Assembly (NCBI GenBank): GCA_036172245.1
Contig: JAYWIR010000002.1
Coordinates: forward strand, 2,170,001 to 2,234,000
DNA length: 64,000 nt
Origin: Raillietiella orientalis
Lineage: Eukaryota
Reading direction: 5' to 3'
The notes under the pieces were generated by a model, which saw only the letters and a program-made list of their open reading frames with translations, was not told the DNA's origin and searched no databases. This document shows, piece by piece, positions 27,472 through 37,982 of the stretch (position 1 is its first letter; each line of letters begins with the position of its first letter). A program made the translations under genes and the position numbers.

Positions 27472-29227
27472 GCTGCTTAAATTCTTGTATATTGTTCCCC
27501 AACTTGCGATTTTGAAAAAAACAAAAACAAAAATCTCGATCTGAAGTTTTTGCAGTGTTCCATTAGAACTTCAGCTTTATTATGACTTTAGCATGATTAG
27601 TGATTAGTGAAGTAAGTGGTTTACTAATGCATTTTTGAATCAGCACGAAGTATCATCTCATATGTATGCTTTTCTTGTTTTTCCAGAATGCATTGGTGAG
27701 TAAATAACTGTTTTCAGCAAAGGTCAATTCATGATGTGTTACTACCAAGACATGTATGGCTTTTATCTGATATGTGATCATCAGTAGATATAAAGGGAAG
27801 AAGAATCCGTGTATTTAGGAAAATTGCTGCTGGCATGGCAGTCATTCATAAAAGTTCTTCATAAATAAAGGATGCTTTCACCTCAGTATCGAGTCATTAA
27901 TTTTTTTCATGTTCTGATGTTTTTGTAAAATAAATACTGGGAGCTTTGGCATTCCTACCAGTCATCTTTATCCAAAAGTCATGTATATGGAGATGCTGTA
28001 GAGCTTATTTTTATTGTAGACTGACACCTATGTGAAAGTTGCAATACCAGTAGCCATTAGTTGTTGTTTATTTAACACTGGTAAGCACGAAGATGTCTGA
28101 TTTTCAAGTATTAGAGAAAGAAACAAACAGCACTGCTTTCTCTAGTAATGTTCATGGTGGTATGTGTTCTTGAAATCCTATCGAAAAGAAACTTTAGTTT
28201 TGTGTATGTTTGAGTACTTTGCTTAGTTTAGCATTGATGACTAGCTGCATTCCTTGTTTTTCTTTATTATGCTCCATGTAAATGTTTCTGTGAAGGCAAT
28301 ACAGTAAGTTTTCTTGTGAATTTAAGTGATATTCTCCAGCACAAATGTGACCAACACCAGTGAAAACTTTGCATTGCCCTGGGAAAAAAAAAACGTCAGA
28401 AGTACATTTTGCTGAAACGTTTAAAAACAGTTGCATTCTGTGGACATCACAATTTTCGTAAATTATTGTATGGATGGGTCTAGCATTTTGTTCTTAGGGA
28501 AGGGCTTATTTAGCTTGTTTAAAAAAAGCACTTTTCATGTGTGGCAAAAATGATTTCTTCCTTTGTGTCGAAACGTGCTTTGCTTTTGACTTAGCAGTTC
28601 CATTTGCACTTCCATTCTAGGCATCATTTCCTTTAATGTTGTGAGGCAGTGCTGTGCCATGTTGAAAAATGGGCACTGGATGCTTTTAGTGAGTCTCAAG
28701 TAAAACAAACTCTTCCATGATTACCGATTCTTGTGGTTCATCGATCTTAAGTAACTGGCATTCCCGTTTTCCTGCGTAAAGCTGTTGGATCTTGGGGTTA
28801 TAGATAAATGGCACTGCTTGTGTTACTTTTAGAAGTTATTTGCTTTTGGTGGTTTTGTCTTGAAGGTCGGTGCTTTCAGTTTTCAGCTTCTGCGCCGGCC
28901 TCAAGCATGAAAAGTTTCGTCGCTTTTGATCAGTTCGTGGTGACTGTCAAAGCTTCAGCTTTCGTTGTTATTGTGGCTGCAGACTGCGAAAGTTGCAAAT
29001 CAACTGAAGAATCATTCGTTCGGACCCGTTCCGAGTTCCATCTTGTTATTTTCGGTGGATGTTCGTGTAACACTCACTTGGAAGCTTTAATCCTCGTTTT
29101 GCCAAATGTAGAAACGGGAACCGAGGAAATTCTGATGAGCTGGCTTTTGCTATATTCTCATTGCGACCCCTTTGCATTCTGCCCCCTTCTTGCCCCACGT
29201 GCTCGACTCTTCTTGGCCTCATTCCCT

Positions 29228-29733
29228 TTTCCCGAAGAGCCAAGATATCGCTTAGGCTCGAGGGCAATCCCATCATTTCTGGTAAGACTAACGATTCCAA
29301 CAGTGTAAGCACGGTCCGGCCCAATTAGTGGCCCGCTTCCAATACAAATTTTCTGCCCATTTCTACTAGAGAGCGGACCGCGAAGAGCGTTTTCTTTGTC
29401 CAAGGGATGAAAGTGCATCACCAGCCATAGTCCTCTGGCGTATGCCGTTGACTTCTCACTTGGGTCACGGCTTTCCTGCAGAAGCTGAAAGGAGGAGTCT
29501 GCGTGCGAGTGTTCGATTTGCCCTCTCTTGCGGGTCCGAGTTCACGTTCAAGTCATCGGTGCGCGTGTGCTTCCCCCCTACCCCCTACCCGTGAAGCAAC
29601 TGGAGCCCGTTCACGCCGTGCCTGCAGCGACTGTTGGCGACCGCCTGAGATACTGTGCTTGCGGGAACCGAGTCTGCTTCCTGCCGGCGGCGGATGAGGG
29701 CAGAGCCAAAGGATATCTTGGCTCTTCGGGAAA
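29228..29733. repeat. Diverged inverted repeat (arms about 29228-29314 and 29616-29733) with a perfect 22-bp core GATATCTTGGCTCTTCGGGAAA
   Basis: 29712-29733 is the exact reverse complement of 29228-29249. Flanking partial matches: gagcc(a/t)aag next to the core, and ccgtgc....actgttgg (29616-29637 versus the reverse complement of 29297-29314). Confidence 0.8.
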
Positions 29734-29790
29734 GTCAGGCTGTTCGTCTCGTTCCTAATCAAATTGGAGAGAGAAGGAACGCCAGTTCGG

Positions 29791-29836
29791 ATGCTAGACG
29801 GGTGCGGGCCCTCTGATGCGGAGGGCGAGGCTTCCG
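29791..29836 (+). CDS. QTRT2: Candidate first coding exon of QTRT2 (MLDGCGPSDAEGEAS/G)
   Basis: ATG at 29791 is followed by 46 nt to the donor CCG|gtatgg. This gives phase 1, matching the phase-1 acceptor at 30700, and would make a 403-aa protein. There is no strong homology support for this exon. Confidence 0.35.
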
Positions 29837-30699
29837 GTATGGCAGACTCGGCAAGGCAGAGAGCGGGATCAGGAGCGAACGGCCGTTAGCCCTGCGTTCA
29901 CCCTCGTCCATGGTTCTCAGGGTCCGCAGATCGTGGATGCTGGGAAGGGGGAGGGTAGGCGCCGGTGTTTTTTTTTTTTTTTTTTTCGATTTATTTCGAA
30001 GCGGCCGCAGGGTGCATCCTTCGGAACGTGGCGACTGTGCTCGACCCTCGCGAGGATCGCGGTAGTCTCGTCCCGGCTTTCTTCATACCAGTGACCTCTC
30101 CTTTGCTCCTCTAGTGGTGGAAGGAAGGAGAGGCTGCTCCTGCGTTGAAGTTCGATGTGCGTCTCATGTATGCCTTGACCCCTCGGTCCTGCTCTCCTGG
30201 ACGCAGTCCAGTGCTGCAGTTCCAGGAGCGCACTCCGTTTCCGGTCGTGGGTGGCACGGCGGCTTGCGGCGTCCCGGGTCGAGGGACGTCGACGCCGGAA
30301 TTCCTGGAGCCTGCCTTTCGGTCTGGCCTCGAGGCTTCCAGTCTTCCAGGCTGTCCTTCCTCCTCACCGCATCTTTCCGTGCACACACCTGCCCCTTATT
30401 CTTCTGCATTCACGTGAGTGTGGCGCGGTCGTAGGAGGAGGAAGGGGATCGCGAACCAAAGAACTCGGGAAGGGGGTGGGGAGGGACCTGTTCCCACGCT
30501 CCTCCTCCGCGTAGTTGCGCGTTCCAGCACGTTCTCATCTCCCTTGTGCAATCCAGGTGCCGCGCGTCCCATGTCGTTTTCCTGGCAGAATGTGTGCTCC
30601 AGCCTTCCTCTGGCAAGGAGAGGGATCCTGAAGCTTCCGGATCCGTGTGGAGGCGCACCTTGGCTCCAGGAGACTCCCTTCTTCTTCTTAGTTTGCAAG

Positions 30700-33600
30700 G
30701 TACGTTGGAGGAACAGCCGAGCGGGCGTCCTCCCTCCTTGCCCTCATCCCGGGACGGGACTGCCAGTGTTGCCTTACGTTTCCAGGGAGGCTGCATCCCT
30801 CACCTGACGCCCGACGCCCTGAGGCTGGTCACTCCCGAAAGGCTTTTCCTCCAGGTCCCTCTCGATACCGCCGTCCACTTCCTGGACGGGCTGAAGGAGT
30901 TCGAAAGAGGCGTGGCCGCTTTCGCCGGCTTTCAGGTATTCCTCCCCCCCCCCCGCTTTCCCCTCCACCCCTCTGCGCCTCCCTCCGACCTGAGCGAGAA
31001 GTCCCCCTTCCCTTCTTTCTGAGGTGCGTTGCCACGGCCTCGCTGCTCCTCCCCCTCCCCCCACTCTCCTGCTTTCGTCGTCGACTCTCCTCCGGCCCGG
31101 TCGCGCACCCGCACCTGCGGGGGGAGGGTCCGTGCTACGCAAAATCGAGAAGCGTGCAGGAACTACTGTGCTGTCTCCGTTCCAGGGATACCCCACGTTC
31201 CTAACCTTGCAGGACCCGGCCGCCCCTCCCCCTGCGGGCTTCAACACCAGGAATTCCATCTCCATATGGACACTCCGCGGAAGGCAAAGCGTCACTCCTG
31301 AAGGGTACGTGGGAGAGGATGAGGGCGAGGAGGGGACAAGTCCGAGCTCTTCCCTGCCAGGGGAAGGGGGAGGCGATGAGGACGGACGGACTAGGGTGTA
31401 CGAGGATGAGAATAGAGGTCCACCCTCCCCCCTACTCCCAAGCCCCCTCACACGCCGGTGCCGCCTTCTTCCCGGCGCGCCTCCCTTCGAGGATGAGGCG
31501 GCACGTTGCGTAGCTTCTCTCTGCGCCCGTCTTCCGGGGTTCCCCCTTTCTTCTCGTCCCATTCGCTTCTGAGGGCTCTGGTTCCCTGGGGCGCAGCATC
31601 CGCTCCTCCGGCCCCAGGGGAACTTCTCTATCCGCCTCTTCTCTCTCGTCCGACGCAGTCCGGCCTTGCGGCGCGGCGAAGCGTCCGCGCGAAGGGCGCG
31701 CGCGCATGATGGACGGGAAGCTCACCCACCCCCTGCCTCCCCACTCCCTCACTCTGTTCCGACCTTTCTCGCTCCGAAAGTCCGTCGGAGCGCTCGAAGG
31801 AAACTGGGCGTTCCTCTGAACTGCCTCGGCTCCGCCTTGCATCCCGGTGGCGGGGGGGGGGGGCGGGCACGGAAACCCCGAGGGCGCTGGGTGCTCCCAG
31901 CGGCAGCAACCTGAAGGTGTCTTCCCTTCTGATTCTTCTCTCCTGATTCCAATATCCTCTTTTCATCTCGGGAAGGAGGAGACGGTCGGTGCAAGTGGCG
32001 CCGTTGTTGTTTCGGAGAACCTCCTCGACCCCTTGGCTATGCGACCGGCGCAGGTGCCGTGCGCTGCCTGCGGCGGGCCTCTCCGCTCCCTCCTCGTTCG
32101 GGAACGAGTCTGAAGGCGGGCAACCAGGCAGGCGAAGTCATTGGGGCCTCCGTTTCTCGCCTTCGAGTCGCCGGAGGTGGGAAGACGATTCCGCCGATAT
32201 CCCTTCCTCTCTTCCTCCTCCTTCCTCCCTCCCTTCCTCGTTTCCTGATCTTTCTCCTTGAGCCTCTTGCCTGCCCGAAGACTGCGCGGAGTCGACGCGT
32301 GTTTCAGCCGCACTCTCTCCTCCTCCTCCTCCTTTCCAGGTACCTAAAGATGGTGGAGGTCATGAAGCCGTCCTGCTTCCAGTGCTTGTTCGACGGAGAC
32401 GTGCGCGAGGATGACCGGAGGACGGTCCACGGGCCGTTCGCCAACACGCTGAGCTTCTTCGAGAAGTGCACTGCTGCCCGAGAGGAATCTCCGGTGAGCG
32501 CTGCTTTTCCCCTTCCCTAGATCCATTCCATCCTCCCTTTCTTCACCCTCCTTTTTCTCCCCTCCAGGCGGTTCGTTCCCTGCCCATTTTCGGTGTGCTG
32601 CCCTTGCAGCTGCCGAAGCAGGAGAAGGACCGGATCGTCGAGCACTCGGCGGATCGCGTCTCCGGGTTCGTACTGGAAGGTCTCCGACCCCTTCCCCCGG
32701 GGGCATCTCCGGACAGGCTACTGCGAGAGAGCCTGGAGGTACAGTCGGGTCCGCAGCAATGGAAGGGGAAGGGGAAGGGGGTGAGGAACGACCTCCTGGT
32801 CCTTTTTTCTCCCCGAAGTGCATCCCCGCCGACAAGCTGAGGATCTTGTCCGGCCTGACCTCCCCGGGGCTCATCGCACTGGCCGTAGCGAACGGCGTGG
32901 ACGCGTTCGACTCCTCCATCGTCAGCCACCTCGCGGACCAAGGACGGGCGATGGTCTTCCCGTTCGACCCTTTCGTCCGGTGAATGCTCCCTCCCCCCCT
33001 GCAAAGTCTCTTCGCGCGCGCGTCCCGCGGGCGATTGAGGGCCCTCAAACAACAGCAGCGGGCAGCGGCCACCCACCGGGAACCGTTGGTAAGAGAGGCT
33101 CCTTGGAGGCCCCCGTGGATGGCCCTGCTCTCCGCAGCTGCGGCCGTTTTTCCGGGAGACGCCTCTACTCTCCCCTCCGGCGCGCTCCTGCGACAGCTCG
33201 GACCCTTCCGCGAGCGCCGGGTTCTGCAAGGGCTCCTCCTCCCGTCGTTTCCCTTTCTCCTCTCCCAGGAAGGGAGGCAGGCGCCGAGCTTCCCCCCCGT
33301 AGGGTTCGGGGAACCCAGCAGGGTCTCCTGCAGGAGGACTTCCCTCCCCCCGTGTGCGAACTCTTGTGCGTGGATTTGGGGGTAGGGGAGGAGTGAGGAG
33401 CGCCCCCCGACAAACCGAAGCTGAGAAGCGCGTGCGCGCGCGACCTGTGTCGCGCGGAGACCCCCCCTTTCTCCGCTCGCGCCAAGCCCCAGCGGGTGGC
33501 CACTTGGACTTTGGAGGCGGCGAAGGGTGAGGAAGGGACGCCCACCTCGCGATTTGCACGAACGCACGGGTGTCTGCGACGGCGTCCATCTTCAGTGGGT

Positions 33601-36220
33601 CACGGAGGCACACATGACCCGCGTGCACATCCCCTCTGCCTCCCCGCGTGTTCCCTGCGCGCTCATCTCGTGCGTTCTTACCTTCCTGGCCACTCCTTTC
33701 CGCGCCGCCTGCGCAACTCCCGACGCGTTGCACATGCGCTTCGACTGCCCCTTCCCTGCCACGCGTCCCTCCTCTTCATGTGCGCGCCGTGTGCCCTTTC
33801 TATTCGCCCTTGCGTGCGTCGCATGCCTCTGTGTTTGGTGGTGGGGCCGCGGATGGGAGGAAGCTTACTCTGGGTGCCCTCTCCATCCACAGGGCTGCTG
33901 CAGGAGGCCCCTCCGCCTGCGCTGGCGCGCGAGCTCCCGGCCCACCGGTCCCTCGGCGCGCCGACTGCGACGTTCGTCGGGGTCTTCCTGCGCCCAAAGA
34001 AAGGATGGAGGCGACCCAAGATGCCCTCGCCTCAGCCCTTGTCCTCCTGGAGCGGACTCTGCGGCGTGTTGCCTAGGAGGGCCAGGTGGACCTTCCTCCA
34101 GCCGACCCTTCTCCGTCGCCAGGCATCCGTGCTCTCGGTTCTGACGCGCCGCGCGCGTCTTCGCCGGAGATGCGTCCCGCGCAGGTCGTCCCGTCGGCGG
34201 CGTCGGCAAACTCCCTCTCATCCTCATCCCCCTTTTTATTTATCTTTGCTTACTTATTTCTTCCACCGACACCCTCGCGTCGGAGGCAATGGATGGAGCG
34301 CGCGCGGTGAGCGTTCCGTCCTCCTCAGTACCATCCGCCGCTGGGAAAGGGAAACGAAGGGCTCCCCCCCCCTCTCTCTCTCTCTCCTGAGACAGCGGAG
34401 GCGCCTCCACGCTTTCAGGAGCCCGAACCTTCTTCTTCCTACGGAGTCTGTCGAGGTTCCTAGATTCGCGCCGCTTCCTTGCGCCGTCGCCTCCATCTCG
34501 AGCGCTATCGTCGCTACCTGAGGACCTGCCAACGGCAGCGCGTCGAGGGAGAGGAAGGAGGGTTGGCACTGCCGGAGCCTCGCCAGGCAGTGGCAACCTC
34601 AGCAGCAGCAGGGGCTGCGCTTGCACCTGCACGCTTACGGATGCCCCTCCTCGCCCTTCTCTTCTCTCCCTCGACAGCAGGGGGGCTGGCGACCCCTCAT
34701 CCCCACCGCCTGCTGGCGCACGCGCTGAGAGACGACGCTCCCGCGGGCTCAGCCCCACGTGTCGAGGGGGATATCCCGGGTCTCATCCCTCTTCCCTCTC
34801 AACGAAGGACCCTGGCGCAGCGAGGAGCGGCTCCTGAAGGAGGCGACGACGGCTTCTTCCACTCGCGGGACCCTGTAGACGACCGCAATGATGACTTTGC
34901 CATCAACCTGCATCAGGATAGGTGAGGCGGCGGGGATGGGGCTATTTCCTCCCCGGAAGGAGGGGGAGCAGGAAGAGGAGGAAGAGGAAGGGGAGCGGCA
35001 GACGAGCGTGATGACCTCGCCAGTCGTCCTCCATCAGTCTCCCCGAGGACTGGAAGGGGGGGAGGAGACAGAGAAAGGAAGGGAGGAAGGGAATGGAGAG
35101 AGGAGGAGAGAAGAAAAGAGGAAGAGAAGAAACGGAAGAGCCCCCCTTCCGTTTCCCTTTTTCCCCCCTCTCCCTCTTCCTCTTCTTCCCCCTTCCTCTC
35201 CTCTTACCCAACTCTCTCCGTTTTTCTTCTCGCCCTCCTACTCTCCTTCCCACCGGCCTTCGTCGGCCGTCGCCTTCCTCCCCATCTGAGCACGGGGAGC
35301 CAGGAGAAGGCCGGGAGCCAATCGCCCTTCTCTATTCCCTGCTGCTTCCTGTCGCGGCGAAGTTACGCCCAGGAGCTGCGTCCCATCCTGAGCGACTGCC
35401 CGTGCCACGCCTGCAGGAACTTTACCAGGGCCTACATCCATCACCTCCTCAAGTGCAAGGAGATGCTGGCGTCTGTGCTGCTGATGATGTGAGTACTTCC
35501 CCCTCCCTTCTCTCTCGGTGACCGCGCTCTGCACCCCACCCCATCTTCGCCCCTTCTGGGGAGCGACGAGGAGAGGCCGCCGCCGGCCACCGGGGGACGC
35601 CCAAGTCTCCCGCATGCCAGCTTCCCACAAAAGCGCGGAAGAGGCGCCCCGATGGGGGGTAGCCGCGCCTCGTCCTCGCCCCTCCAGCCTCCGTCCCTCC
35701 ATGGGGTCTCCTCCTCCCCTCCCCAGGAAATCGGCTCGCGTCCCTTTGGGGCGCGGTCAGTGCCTGTTCTGTCGACCCCCGGAGTAATCGTCACCCGGAG
35801 AGGGTGGGAGGCTCGCTCGTGCTCTTAGGCACTGCCCGGAGTACGCTGCCATCGACCCTCGGCGGTGCACGGTGTCTCCCAGCCGTTCGATTGAGAAGCT
35901 TCGTACCCCGCGCTGGAGGAGGGGACGGGACGAGATCACGCCAGAGGCGCCTGTCTCCCGCAAGCCTCGTCTCTGTGCGCTCTCGGCGCCTTCCTCCCCT
36001 CTTTCCAGGGGACGGTCCCAGCTGTCTCAGGGTTCGCTTGACAGGTTCGGGGCCCCAGCCGAGGAACTTCTTCCCGTGTTCGTCCCGACCCTGCTCCAGT
36101 TCCTTCCGATCCCTGATGGCGCGCGTATGTTCCAGGCACAACCTGCACCACTATCTCGAGCTCTTCCGGCTCATGAGGGAGGAGTTCGGGAACATCCAGA
36201 TTCCCTCCAACCTCTCCTGA
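30700..36220 (+). CDS. QTRT2: Queuine tRNA-ribosyltransferase accessory subunit 2 (QTRT2/QTRTD1); exons 30700-30935, 31186-31304, 32340-32493, 32568-32738, 32819-32979, 34808-34921, 35363-35488, 36136-36220
   Basis: All exons are GT-AG bounded with consistent phases. The spliced peptide carries QTRT2 blocks in order: GGCIPHLTPD, FLTLQDPAAPPPAGFNTRNSISIWTLRGR, MKPSCFQCLFDGD, VSGFVLEG, IPADKLRILSG...NGVDAFDS, FAINL, and the Zn site CPCHACRNFTRAYIHHLL...EMLASVLLMMHN. The stop TGA is at 36218-36220. Confidence 0.93.
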
Positions 36221-36440
36221 CCGGAAGGGATGCCACCCGACTCTCCGGATCCGTCCGTTAGGGAGGGGAGAGATGGTCATGGGAGTTCGTGTCCACTCCG
36301 TCTTCGCCTCCCTCCGCGAACACTGCGTCCGAAGCATGAGTCCTTCTCAGGGAAGCCCAAAGCGATCTCCTCCCCTCCCCTCTCTCTGATCTCACCGTCA
36401 CTCTCCTGTTCAGTGCTGACCACTCCTCCCTCTGGTGAGG

Positions 36441-36446
36441 AATAAA
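36441..36446 (+). promoter_or_regulatory. Polyadenylation signal AATAAA of QTRT2
   Basis: It is the first AATAAA after the QTRT2 stop, about 220 nt downstream, in otherwise GC-rich sequence. Confidence 0.6.
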
Positions 36447-37287
36447 AATCAAAGTTGGAAAAGAAAGGAGGAGCGGGCGGGAGGCCGTCGGTCGGCCGCT
36501 CGCTGCCGCCGCTCGGCGCGCGGAGGTCGCAGCGTGATTACTTTCCAGGAGTAGCGAAAGGTGGCAGGAAGGAGGGGTGCTGCTTCCTCCACGTTCGTGC
36601 CCACCCCAGGAAAATCCTCATTCCAGGGGAACGGACAGGAACCTCGCACTGCTGAGGCAGGGAAGGGACAGCGGGGCGCCTCTTGCCTACCTCGGAAGGT
36701 CTCTCCCGGAGGAAAGCCCTCGGAGTCATCCCCTCGTCTTTTGTGCGCGTCTTTGCGCAGAGGAGCAACCGGCACTCCGGTTCCCTGGTCTTCTCCCGTC
36801 GTGGTGCTTGCCGGGAGCTCCGGGTCACAGTAAAGGAGGGAGGCGCAGCGTTCGATTCGGGAGTAGCTCCAAGCGTGCTGGACAGAGGGCGAGGGACGGG
36901 TCACTTCCCATCAGGGGCGACGCACCTATCACCCAACCATTTCCCCCGGGACGGAGACATCGGGTGCGGTGCAGGTCGTCGCTTCCCAGGTTCACCGTCG
37001 TTGCTTCTCCAGCAGGTGGAGCTGCCCTTCTTGGAGAGCCCAGACTCCGCACTTCCCGTTTCTGAGCTTCCGCTCCCGGCATCGGATAGCGGACGGTTCG
37101 TTCTCCCGGATCCCCGCCACCATCTCCAGGAAAACAAACCCCTTTCTCCCCTCAAAGTTGCCCTTACTCGTAGTCCACCCGAAAGTCCTTATTCAGGACA
37201 CGCCGTGGCACGGGGCTGCTGGCATCGATTGCGGAATGAGGAGCTGCGACCTTCACCCTCTGTTCGACTTTCTGCTCCTCTGCCCTC

Positions 37288-37353
37288 GTCGGAGGCTTTG
37301 TGGTTATGGCTTCCACGCGTGGCACCATGCGTCGCGGGTTTGAACCCTCCGAC
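37288..37353 (+). mobile_element. Possible degenerate tRNA-derived SINE head
   Basis: An A-box-like AGGCTTTGTGGTTA and a B-box-like GGGTTTGAACCC occur at tRNA spacing, enclosed by complementary gtcggagg/cctccgac. It does not form a full cloverleaf. Confidence 0.3.
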
Positions 37354-37774
37354 AGAAACTGACGCACTGCATCGTGAGTTCAGAGTTCCTCCTGCAAGAT
37401 GGCGCTGGTTGGCCTACAAACATTCGGGCGCGGCACCGGTAGCAGTTCAAACTGGAGGCCCCTGATGAAGGCCGGAACAATGGGAGTCGACCTTCGGGTC
37501 CTTCCAGGAATCAAGGAGCGAGGAGTTTGCCCTCCGGTCGTGCAACGGAGAGCGGACCCCCACACCGGGGGGACTGATCCGGTTCGTTCAGATGGAGTAG
37601 GTGCGTTGAAAAGCACCTCTCCAGATATGTTGTTAAAGGAGCGGACTCCCCCGTTGCGGGGGGAGACCCTCCAAATCGTGCTGATGGACTAGGTGCGTCG
37701 CCACCTCTCCGGAGAATACAAGGAAGCGAGAGCTATCCCTCCGGGCAAGCAGCGCCCCTTCTGAATTTCGGAAG

Positions 37775-37982
37775 CGTCCTTTCGGGGTTCTCTTCAGAGG
37801 AGTGAACAGGAGCGGTTTTCTTGCGGGTTCCCTCCGGAGAAGAAAAAATTCCTACTAGCGGCTGCTTTCCGGTTCCCTTCGGAGAAGACGAAATGGAGCG
37901 GACCACACGCACCCGGGCGGTTCCGCCAGAGAAAATGAGGAAGGAGATTCCCTCCGAGGTTCTCCTTAGGAGACAACCAGGA
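37775..37982 (+). repeat. Dispersed minisatellite-like repeat, copy B
   Basis: Units are ttcggggttctcttcagagg, gcgggttccctccggaga and ccggttcccttcggaga. It ends with ccttaggagacaacca (37964-37979), identical to copy A. Confidence 0.65.

Noticed and set aside
29708..29726. Resemblance of aaggatatcttggctct to the 5' part of 5.8S rRNA
   Set aside because: The match stops after about 15 nt, with no following GCATCGATGAAGAAC and no rDNA context.
30721..30766. Possible GC-AG mini-intron inside the QTRT2 exon
   Set aside because: Removing these 46 nt shifts the frame. The exon reads through in frame as a short insertion.
32344..33733. Minus-strand ORFs of 407 and 396 aa
   Set aside because: They are antisense shadows of GC3-rich QTRT2 exons plus GC-rich intron.
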